Shown piece by piece: positions 35,055 to 42,648 of a stretch of DNA of 46,001 nucleotides. The notes under the pieces are model-generated. The model did not search any database. It saw only the letters and a program-made list of their open reading frames with translations, and was not told the origin of the DNA. This stretch comes from Parasynechococcus marenigrum WH 8102. Lineage in GTDB: Bacteria; Cyanobacteriota; Cyanobacteriia; PCC-6307; Cyanobiaceae. The stretch lies in assembly GCF_000195975.1 (NCBI RefSeq), contig NC_005070.1:911000-957000 (forward strand), written 5' to 3'. Within the stretch, counting starts at the first letter, position 1. Each line of letters opens with the position of its first letter. Made by a program: the position numbers and the translations under genes.

Positions 35055-35537
35055 TCAACAGTGGTCTTTCAGTTCTCTCCTGATCTTTGGCACGGCGTCC
35101 GGCTGTCCTTGCATCAAGAAAGCTTCTCTTTCTATATCAAATTTCTCGCTTTCATAATTTCGATATAGGATTGACTCTATTGCTATTTTTACCGCTTCAT
35201 CAACATTTGGCATCCATCCAATTGGCTGTAATGATCCTGTCCTACAGGTTTGCGCTGCATGAACAGCTTCATGTAAAAATGTTGTCCTAAAGATTCTCAT
35301 TTGTTGTGTTATAGGTGCAATCCATATAACTTTCTTTTTTGTATTTATCAATCCGTAGGTACCTTGCATCGGCGGTTTCTCAAATTTGATTTTAAATCCA
35401 GCCTCTATCAATGACAATCTAAGTTCATTCAAGTCTTTTACTAGATCTATTTCTTCTGCCCTAGATGGATTTACTGTAGTTAGAGCCAAAAGCGATGCAA
35501 TTATGGCTGTCGAAATGTGTCTGTTAATATTTATCAT
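35055..35537 (-). CDS. Small secreted HExxH-motif protein (putative Zn-metallopeptidase-like), last gene of the operon
   Basis: 160-aa ORF. The N-terminus is signal-peptide-like (MININRHISTAIIASLLALTTVNPSRAEE). HEAVH at aa 89-93 was verified on the DNA (35259-35273, reverse complement CATGAAGCTGTTCAT). Its start overlaps the upstream stop by 4 nt (ATGA). Confidence 0.65.
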   Translation of the reverse strand: MININRHISTAIIASLLALTTVNPSRAEEIDLVKDLNELRLSLIEAGFKIKFEKPPMQGTYGLINTKKKVIWIAPITQQMRIFRTTFLHEAVHAAQTCRTGSLQPIGWMPNVDEAVKIAIESILYRNYESEKFDIEREAFLMQGQPDAVPKIRRELKDHC

Positions 35538-36208
35538 TGAATTGTCATGCTACGGCCTGAATTACCCCAGAAATTGATAGGGTCATCTTTGTACCAGGGT
35601 TCCCAACCAATAGGAACTTTATTTTTTCTGGCAGATCGTTTTATCTCTCTGTACATCTTATACCCTGATGCTTCTAGTACTATGAAAACGGCTTGATTAT
35701 TTGTGTTTAGGTTTTTCATTAGTGTGTCTAGCCAATCTCTCAATTCTTCACTCTCAGAGTCAATCGTAGGTTCTTGTGACCTTAGGATTTGTCCTTTCTC
35801 ATGATTGATTGTCATTGATATACCATTAATTTGCTCTTCCTTTTCCCATCCGTTTAATTTGCTATTGCAGATTTCTAGCTCTGGAGATAACAAGTTTTCA
35901 CAACTTCTTACCTCTTTGGCCCTCTCGCGGTCTAGTTCAGCCATTCTATTTATTGCAGGCTGTAAATCCCACACTCCTTCTTTTGCTGCTTGTAAAGTCC
36001 AGAATTGTTTCTTTGTTTCTTTTTTCATTGGCGCTTGTATATTGACTGCACTTGTTGCAGCGAAGACACCAGCAAGTGAGCTAACTAGCACAAGTACCCC
36101 AACAACATTGCATAAGAGATCTAATAGGCTGTCTGAGCTGTCAGCTAACCCAGATGAACTTTTTTTGCCCTTTTTACGGAGAAGGATTTGTTTCTGTTCG
36201 GTATTCAT
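35534..36208 (-). CDS. ExbD/TolR-like single-pass membrane protein, long paralog (224 aa), retains the TM aspartate
   Basis: A basic N-terminus (KKGKKSSS) precedes SLLDLLCNVVGVLVLVSSLAGVF, which resembles the ExbD/TolR TPFIDVMLVLL motif with Asp30 (codon 36119-36121 = gat). The C-terminal VFIVLEASGYKMYREIKRSARKNKVPIGWEP parallels the ExbD periplasmic domain and the neighbouring paralog. There are 4-nt overlaps with both neighbouring genes. Confidence 0.5.
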   Translation of the reverse strand: MNTEQKQILLRKKGKKSSSGLADSSDSLLDLLCNVVGVLVLVSSLAGVFAATSAVNIQAPMKKETKKQFWTLQAAKEGVWDLQPAINRMAELDRERAKEVRSCENLLSPELEICNSKLNGWEKEEQINGISMTINHEKGQILRSQEPTIDSESEELRDWLDTLMKNLNTNNQAVFIVLEASGYKMYREIKRSARKNKVPIGWEPWYKDDPINFWGNSGRSMTIQ

Positions 36209-36654
36209 TTGGGACTCTCCGGAAACTTAACTTTAAGTTCACTTTCGATTGGTTCGTAGCCATATTCTAACTTATTGAACTCTGCTTTCGATCTTAGTTT
36301 TTCAAAACAAAGATATCCTTCAGGTCGTACACCTATGATTATGTATTGGGGTGTTTCATCAGTTCCTAGGCTTTTTATGATGACATCTACTTTCTCATCG
36401 TTTATATTCATATCCATACTTTCGTTTCGGATTAACATGTTCATATTTCCCTCCTTATTGCATACAATATAATTTCCATTTTTACCTTTACCTTCTCCTC
36501 CGGCAGGCAGGAGTTTCACCACATTGACTCCTGGTTTAATTTGCAAAGCGAATATTACGAGTGTCAATGTCTGGACACCAATTGTTGCAGTCATTATGTT
36601 TAGGAACGATGACAGATCCATACCTGCGTCGCCCTTTTTTCTGCGTCTTCCCAT
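36205..36654 (-). CDS. ExbD/TolR-like single-pass membrane protein, short paralog (149 aa), with Asn at the TM acidic position
   Basis: MGRRRKKGDAGMDLSSFLNIMTATIGVQTLTLVIFAL has a basic N-terminus and one TM segment. FLNIM aligns by eye to the ExbD FIDVM motif. YIIIGVRPEGYLCFEKLRSKAEFNKLEYGYEP matches the paralog pattern. The start overlaps the MotA-like stop (TAATG). Confidence 0.55.
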   Translation of the reverse strand: MGRRRKKGDAGMDLSSFLNIMTATIGVQTLTLVIFALQIKPGVNVVKLLPAGGEGKGKNGNYIVCNKEGNMNMLIRNESMDMNINDEKVDVIIKSLGTDETPQYIIIGVRPEGYLCFEKLRSKAEFNKLEYGYEPIESELKVKFPESPK

Positions 36655-37967
36655 TATCTTGACCTAATTTTGTCCATAAGTATACCTATGCCAAATCCAT
36701 TCCTTTCTCTTCTCATGTTCTTATTCAGCAGGTCAATGGATTCTTTCAATTCAATCAACGATCGTAATTGAGCTTTTTGATCTATACCGATCCTATTTTC
36801 AGCTAACAAGTCGCTTAGTTCACCGGCAAGCAAATTCATTGCATTTCTTATGATGTCAGTCTGTTCCTGTAAGCTTAGGCGTGCTTCACTCACTCCTTCT
36901 ACAGAATCTCTGACAATTGTTGTAAGTGGTGTTAGTTTTTCTATCGTTGCTTCCGTTAATTTTTCTGCATAAACCTGGGCTGGTTCTACCAGTACTGATG
37001 GATCTGGTAGATGTTTTTCGAACGCATCGCTTATCAACCCTGCAATGTCGTCCCCAAAAATCTCTTTTGGTGTGGGTTTCTCTGGAGTTTTCTCTGATGT
37101 TCCACCGCCAGCACCACCTCCAGTCCCTTCTCCAGACTGTGACGCTATTTCACCGCTACCCAGAGGACTCAGTGATAAGACTCCATCTCTCACAACTCCG
37201 TCAATTTGGCTCAGTAATCTATCTTCAATCTTTTCACAAAGTGTGAGTGGGAATGCCAAAAATACTGATATTACCAGTGCTAGGAATGTTGTGTCGAACG
37301 CTGTACCAAGTCCCCCAGTAACTTGAACCAAGCCATCTTTTAGACCATCAACGTTGTCTGCGTTACTAAGAACGGCATCAAATGAACCAACAGCTTGGGA
37401 CATTCCAATAACAGTTCCTATAAATCCAGTCAGTGGAATTGCCCATAATAATAGCTTTGGAAAACTAAAACTACTACTCATGGATAATTCGTAAAGATCA
37501 ACATCTCCATCGGCAGCTCGTTCCAGCTGAAACGCTGATCCTGTTGATTCCCATACATCCAATAGGTGTAGAAGTCGTTTACCGACGAGAGATCCAGAAT
37601 TCTCAGATTTAAGTTTTATAGCCTCTAAATCACCTTGCCTTACTAAACTTGGTATTTCTAGATCAAATGCTAAATAATCTTTCTGTGCTTTTTGCAAAAT
37701 GCGTAATTTGTTAAATAAGAACCACCCCAGCATTCCGCCCAATATGAGTGTTGCAACTTGGGTTGGTCCACGCTGATGAAAAAGGGCATGCCCTGGCATT
37801 GCGTCTGGAAAGTTCACCGCCCAGATCAAAAAGCCAGCAATCCCCCCGGTGATGATCCACCGACCGAATTTTGGATCAAGGTCATTGCCAAGGCCCAAGC
37901 TTACCGAAGGTACAGGTACGCTTCTGCTTCTTGCATCTGCTTCGAGTTGTCCTGTGGAGGTTGTCAC
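36654..37967 (-). CDS. MotA/TolQ/ExbB-family ion-channel protein (437 aa, 4 predicted TM segments) with a C-terminal extension of about 170 aa
   Basis: The family core is recognisable. LLLWAIPLTGFIGTVIGMSQAVGSF aligns with TolQ APFIGLFGTVWGIMHAF. VTGGLGTAFDTTFLALVISVFLAFPL aligns with TolQ [23 protein letters not shown]. Two N-terminal TM segments (WIITGGIAGFLIWAV and VATLILGGMLGWFLF) are separated from TM3 by a loop of about 90 aa, a MotA-like topology. The tail has a Gly-rich linker and then helical, Glu/Leu-rich sequence. Confidence 0.75.
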   Translation of the reverse strand: MTTSTGQLEADARSRSVPVPSVSLGLGNDLDPKFGRWIITGGIAGFLIWAVNFPDAMPGHALFHQRGPTQVATLILGGMLGWFLFNKLRILQKAQKDYLAFDLEIPSLVRQGDLEAIKLKSENSGSLVGKRLLHLLDVWESTGSAFQLERAADGDVDLYELSMSSSFSFPKLLLWAIPLTGFIGTVIGMSQAVGSFDAVLSNADNVDGLKDGLVQVTGGLGTAFDTTFLALVISVFLAFPLTLCEKIEDRLLSQIDGVVRDGVLSLSPLGSGEIASQSGEGTGGGAGGGTSEKTPEKPTPKEIFGDDIAGLISDAFEKHLPDPSVLVEPAQVYAEKLTEATIEKLTPLTTIVRDSVEGVSEARLSLQEQTDIIRNAMNLLAGELSDLLAENRIGIDQKAQLRSLIELKESIDLLNKNMRRERNGFGIGILMDKIRSR

Positions 37968-38001
37968 TGTTCAGTTGATGTAATGTTGATTTGCTGATAG
38001 T

Positions 38002-38325
38002 TTACTTTTTTTCTGTATTCCATTCTTGCCATTCTACTTCTAACTCTCCAGCATCATTAGCTCCTGGTGCTGGAATCTTTGTTAGCAGTTCGTCTGGTAG
38101 TCCGAGACGTTGAAAGACCGTTTGTCTTTGTACCGCCGGCATTGCGGAAAACGACCTCACCACATCTCTTACTTTGTACTCTGAGTAGACCATTTTCATT
38201 AATTCATCTTGATCCTCATCTGGAAGATTTTTAAACCAATTGACAAACTTTTCGGTTTTAGTTTTAAGGTCCATTTTCGGAGGGTTCAGCGGGGGCATCC
38301 CTCCAATTATAGCCCCTAATGTCAA
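38002..38325 (-). CDS. Hypothetical small protein (107 aa) between the HlyD and MotA-like genes
   Basis: The ORF fits the operon spacing (18 nt after the HlyD stop, 34 nt before the next start) and shares the island composition. I recognise no motif. Confidence 0.5.
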   Translation of the reverse strand: MTLGAIIGGMPPLNPPKMDLKTKTEKFVNWFKNLPDEDQDELMKMVYSEYKVRDVVRSFSAMPAVQRQTVFQRLGLPDELLTKIPAPGANDAGELEVEWQEWNTEKK

Positions 38326-38343
38326 GCAGTCCCCAGCTCTAGT

Positions 38344-39504
38344 TTACTTACTTGATTTTATTCTAGTAAGCGAATCTAAGGCCTTTTGTACCGCATCTGT
38401 TAGTAATGATATGACCCGCTTATCTCTAAGAATGAGATTCACTTGTACACTTTGGCCCGCACTGATTTCGTATTTTTCTCCATCTTTTTCAAGATAGTCC
38501 TTGTCAATCTTCACGTATGCCGGGAACCTAGGCATTGGATTTTGTTGATCTGGTTCTAGTGGAAGTGTCCCCACTGACTTCAAGGACCCTGTAATTGATC
38601 CAAATTGTGTATACGGAAAAGCATCGACCCTTATTTGGGCTTTCATTCCAGGCTTCATAAAACCAACATCTTGATTAGTAATGTATATTTTTGCCTCGAT
38701 TTCCCCTCCTGGGACAACTTTTACGAGTGTCTCTCCCGCCGAAGCCGCATACCCTGCGCTTGATGGAATCATCCCATAGACAATTCCTGCAATCGGTGCG
38801 CTCAATTTTTCTTTTGTTATCGTATCCTGAACTTCAACCATTTGCCGTTCTAGTTCTGATATTTCACGCAGGGATTCTTGTTTTAGTTTGTTGAGCTGTG
38901 CTTCTACTTCCTCCAAGTCCGCTTTTACAACTTGTGCCTCTGACTCCAGTTGTTCTACTTTATTCCTTTGCCTTAGCAGCTCTGTTAGTTGCATTGCGCC
39001 AATCTCTGCTAAGGGTATGATATTTGTATATATACTTGATTCTGTATTTAACGATCTATTTATACCATTTAATCGCTCGACTACTCCTCTCTTTCTAGCC
39101 TCGACAGCTCTCGACTCTTCTTCAAATCTTTTTCTTTCGAGCTTTATTTGTGTTTCTAATGTTTCTTTTCTCTTTCGAGATACGTCTGCGTCAAATCTCA
39201 ATAAGGTGTCTCCTGCATTAACTTTTTGCCCCTCCTTAGCTACAATATCCTTAATTACTCCCCCGAATGGTGCTTTGACTGGTCTTTCAGCACCCAGCGG
39301 TTGTAATTCTCCAGGAGCCAGTACTACTTCGTCAATTTTTGCAAATACAGCAAATATAAATCCGAGTGATGCTGTCGAAATAATGGTCCATGCCAGAGCC
39401 TTGCTCCAAAGAGGTGCCGGCCTTAGTTGTACTTCTTGATGATTGAGTGGCCTTACAGCCAGACTTGAGTTGGTTTTTGGGCTATTTGAATTTGAGGTAG
39501 TCAT
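38344..39504 (-). CDS. HlyD-family periplasmic adaptor (membrane fusion protein) of a type I secretion system
   Basis: 386 aa with an N-terminal TM segment (ALAWTIISTASLGFIFAVFA). Lipoyl-like hairpin motifs are present (VKAPFGGVIKDIVAKEGQKVNAGDTLLRFD and LSAPIAGIVYGMIPSSAGYAASAGETLVKVVP). A long central coiled coil is present (ERKRFEEESRAVEARK...QLESEAQVVKADLEEVEAQLNKLKQESL). The gene starts 2 nt after the ABC gene stop. Confidence 0.9.
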   Translation of the reverse strand: MTTSNSNSPKTNSSLAVRPLNHQEVQLRPAPLWSKALAWTIISTASLGFIFAVFAKIDEVVLAPGELQPLGAERPVKAPFGGVIKDIVAKEGQKVNAGDTLLRFDADVSRKRKETLETQIKLERKRFEEESRAVEARKRGVVERLNGINRSLNTESSIYTNIIPLAEIGAMQLTELLRQRNKVEQLESEAQVVKADLEEVEAQLNKLKQESLREISELERQMVEVQDTITKEKLSAPIAGIVYGMIPSSAGYAASAGETLVKVVPGGEIEAKIYITNQDVGFMKPGMKAQIRVDAFPYTQFGSITGSLKSVGTLPLEPDQQNPMPRFPAYVKIDKDYLEKDGEKYEISAGQSVQVNLILRDKRVISLLTDAVQKALDSLTRIKSSK

Positions 39505-39506
39505 TT

Positions 39507-42500
39507 TTAGGATTCTTGTTGGTGGTAAAGTGTTGCATAGCGGCCATCCAATGCCATAAGTTCTTCATGAGTACCTTTTTCAACTAATGCCCCTTGATCC
39601 ATTACAAGAATAACATCAGCAAATTTGAGAGATGCCAATCTATGAGTTATAAAGAAAACGGTGCTATCCTTATACAATTCTATCAGATTTGCCGTTAATC
39701 TTCTTTCAGTGTCTACATCAAGAGCACTTGTTGCTTCATCTAGTACTAGTAATCTTGGTCTCCTGATTATCATTCTTGCTATTGCCATTCTTTGTCTTTG
39801 TCCTCCACTCATTCCAGCTCCTCTTTCCCCTACGGAGCTGTTGTAGCCGGCGGGCATAGCTTGAATAAATTCGTGTGCACAGGCAATTTGTGCTGCTACT
39901 ACAACTTCCTCAAATGATGCATCAGGCCTTGCTAACGCAATATTTGACATTACTGACCCGTCGAACAACAGACTATCTTGTGGTACTACACCGATTTGCG
40001 ATCTTAAGGAGTAGAGATCTACTTTGCTAATGTCATTATCGTCTATGAGAATTTGGCCATCGTTTATTTCGTATAACCTTGTTAGCATTTTCAACATTGT
40101 GCTTTTGCCAGAGCCACTACTTCCCACGACCCCAATGAATGAACCTTGTTCAATTTTGAAATTAATGTTTGATAGATTAAGTGCTCCTTCCTTCCCAAAT
40201 CTAAAGTTAACACCTTTATATTCCACTGTTCCTACTATGGGAGGTATTGGTGGCTTTTGTTCTCCAGTAATTTCTAATTCTTGGGGATGATCTACGATAT
40301 CAGCCAGTCTCTCTAACGATAATGCAGTTTCTTGAAAATTTTGCCATAAGTTTGCCATCCTAAGCAAAGGACTTGTCACGTAACTTGCTAGGATTCTGAA
40401 GGCAATTAATTGTCCAAGTGTTAGTTCACCTTTTAATACTAGTGAGGCTCCAATCCACAAAACAATAAGTCCTGAAAGCTGTTCAAGAAACTGACTTGCT
40501 GATCCGGCCGCTGTGCTTGTTACGGTGTTCCTAAAACCCGATGTTATCTGACCTCCGTAGAGCTGTTGCCATCGCCACCGACTATGAATTTCCATACTCT
40601 GGCCCTTAATGGTTTCCATTCCTCCAACGGTCTCAACTAAGTGACTTTGTACCCGAGCGTTAGCTTCAGCCTGTTCTCTAAGTTGCTTTCGTATGATTGG
40701 TGCTGATACTAATGTCAACCCCACAAATAATGGAACTACTACTAATGACCATACTGTTAATTGGACTGAGTAAAGTAACATAACAGCAATGTAGATGATT
40801 GCAAAAATTGCATCTAACACTACCGTTAGCGCTGTTCCGGTCAAAAACTGTCTTATTTTTTGTAGTTCATTGATTCTGCTGCTTACTTCACCGACTGGTC
40901 GATCTGAAAAGTAACCTAATGGAAGCCTAAGTAGGTGATCGATGATTGATGAACCTAATGAGATATCGATTCGATTTGTAGTATCTGCAAATAGGTATGT
41001 CCTTAGCGAAGATAATACCGCTTGAGCTAGACTCATGCCTATTAACAATGTTCCAAGCACATTAAGGCTGCTAACATTTCCTTGGCTGATCACAGCATCT
41101 ATTATTTGTTGTATCAAAAGTGGATTTAATAATCCAAATAGTTGTACAAAAAAACTGGCGACTAGAACCTGAATAAGGACTGCTTTATGTTCTTTTAAAG
41201 CTGGTATAAACCATCCCAACCCAAATCGTTTCTTAGGTGATACTTTGCTTCTTTGAATCGTTAAAACCTGTATTGTTCCATCATCGTTTCTAGCACCTAA
41301 GTCTTTTGTTGAAACTTTTATTTGTCCTTCTTCGGGGCAACTGATCAGTGCTTGGCCAACCATGTCCGCTGACCATAATATTATTGGTTTATTCTTACGT
41401 ATTGCTATTGCAGGTAATTGTAAACGCCCTATCTGGTTTTCCGTTACATTTATTTGTGTTGCTCTAAGGCCAATTAAGTCAGCAGTAGCAGCAAGTTGAA
41501 TCAAACCAATTGATCTTTCTCCCGTTTCTGATAATTCATTTCTCATCAATTGATCTTCAATTATTCTCTGTATTACATCTTTTCTAAAAGGTATATCAAA
41601 GTATCTCGCAAGCATTCTTAATGCAGCCATTGGAATCCCTACAGGTCCAGACCCATCCAACTGTGGAAAGCTCCCGTCATCGCCAAGCTTTCCATACCAA
41701 TCTTCAAGAGCCTCCTGCTGTTTTTCTACTGCAACTATTGCTGTGCTGCTTTCTTGCCAGTCAGGTTCTACGACTTCAGCCTCAATTTGGAGAGGTGCAG
41801 CCTCGCTAGAGTCTGGGCTTACGACTAATACTTGTGGGACATTGATTGGAGGTGTAGCTCCACTTTTAGAGATTAATCTTGCAGGAACTTTCCCTTGAAC
41901 TATTAACTTCATTGGTCCAAGTAATTCTTCACCTGGCTTGCATCCAGAAATGTTTGAACTGCTTACCAACCACGGCCCCCATTTAGAATCAACAAAGTGT
42001 TCACCTGGAGGTAGTAATAATATTTTGTGATCTCCTTTTGATTCTGCTATTTTGTTGCTTGCCCAGTCTTTTATCTCGTTTTTCGTGTTATTTAGAGGCG
42101 AATTTGTTAATATACTAACTCCATACAATTCTTCAATGTTAGGTTCAAGAAATTCATTTGCAAATTCTGCGTTTTCCGCTATTACTTGCAGAAATCCAGT
42201 TTGAGGAAGCAGCCATAGCAAGCTTGGCTGCGATGCGGCTAATGCATAACCAGTTACCCCCCTGAGGATTCCAATATGTCCAGCTTGATCTCCTGGAGCT
42301 AATCTATATAGTGTGAAAGGTTCTTCTCTTTCATCTAATGCAAGCAATCTCATCTGACCCTCTGCTATGAGGGCTATCCCTGGAGGAAGGTCTGAAAAAT
42401 CATATAATTTTTGACCCGGACGTAATCGTAATGGTTGAATTGTTTCTGCTAGTTTTGCCTTTTGCTCTGTTGATAGTTTTGAGAAAGGCGCCCAGGAGTT

Positions 42501-42530
42501 GATTAGGCGCAATGCCTGTCTTAATTGCAT
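39507..42530 (-). CDS. Type I secretion ABC transporter (HlyB-like) with an N-terminal cyclic-nucleotide-binding domain and a catalytically inactive C39-like domain
   Basis: 1007 aa. The N-terminus is cNMP-binding-like (LRLRPGQKLYDFSDLPPGIALIAEGQMRLLAL...LAPGDQAGHIGIL). The C39-like region (GIPMAALRMLARYFDIPF...LPAIAIRKNKPIILW) lacks the Cys and His of active C39 peptidases. A six-helix TMD follows. The NBD has Walker A GSSGSGKST, signature MSGGQRQR and Walker B LLVLDEATSALD. Confidence 0.93.
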   Translation of the reverse strand: MQLRQALRLINSWAPFSKLSTEQKAKLAETIQPLRLRPGQKLYDFSDLPPGIALIAEGQMRLLALDEREEPFTLYRLAPGDQAGHIGILRGVTGYALAASQPSLLWLLPQTGFLQVIAENAEFANEFLEPNIEELYGVSILTNSPLNNTKNEIKDWASNKIAESKGDHKILLLPPGEHFVDSKWGPWLVSSSNISGCKPGEELLGPMKLIVQGKVPARLISKSGATPPINVPQVLVVSPDSSEAAPLQIEAEVVEPDWQESSTAIVAVEKQQEALEDWYGKLGDDGSFPQLDGSGPVGIPMAALRMLARYFDIPFRKDVIQRIIEDQLMRNELSETGERSIGLIQLAATADLIGLRATQINVTENQIGRLQLPAIAIRKNKPIILWSADMVGQALISCPEEGQIKVSTKDLGARNDDGTIQVLTIQRSKVSPKKRFGLGWFIPALKEHKAVLIQVLVASFFVQLFGLLNPLLIQQIIDAVISQGNVSSLNVLGTLLIGMSLAQAVLSSLRTYLFADTTNRIDISLGSSIIDHLLRLPLGYFSDRPVGEVSSRINELQKIRQFLTGTALTVVLDAIFAIIYIAVMLLYSVQLTVWSLVVVPLFVGLTLVSAPIIRKQLREQAEANARVQSHLVETVGGMETIKGQSMEIHSRWRWQQLYGGQITSGFRNTVTSTAAGSASQFLEQLSGLIVLWIGASLVLKGELTLGQLIAFRILASYVTSPLLRMANLWQNFQETALSLERLADIVDHPQELEITGEQKPPIPPIVGTVEYKGVNFRFGKEGALNLSNINFKIEQGSFIGVVGSSGSGKSTMLKMLTRLYEINDGQILIDDNDISKVDLYSLRSQIGVVPQDSLLFDGSVMSNIALARPDASFEEVVVAAQIACAHEFIQAMPAGYNSSVGERGAGMSGGQRQRMAIARMIIRRPRLLVLDEATSALDVDTERRLTANLIELYKDSTVFFITHRLASLKFADVILVMDQGALVEKGTHEELMALDGRYATLYHQQES

Positions 42531-42648
42531 TTATCAAATTTGACCTTTCAACGTTAGCACATAGGTATATTACTTAGCAGTAATTTTTTTGTTTGTCAGT
42601 ACAATCTAACGCAGAGGCTCGTCTGTCTTCTTTGCTACTGAATTATTT

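Noticed and set aside
35805-39439. Plus-strand ORFs 35805-36230, 36926-37246, 37045-37326, 38240-38497 and 38888-39439 opposite the operon genes.
   Set aside because: They are antisense shadows of well-supported minus-strand genes (MotA-like, HlyD and others). They are Ser/Leu/Phe-rich with no motifs.
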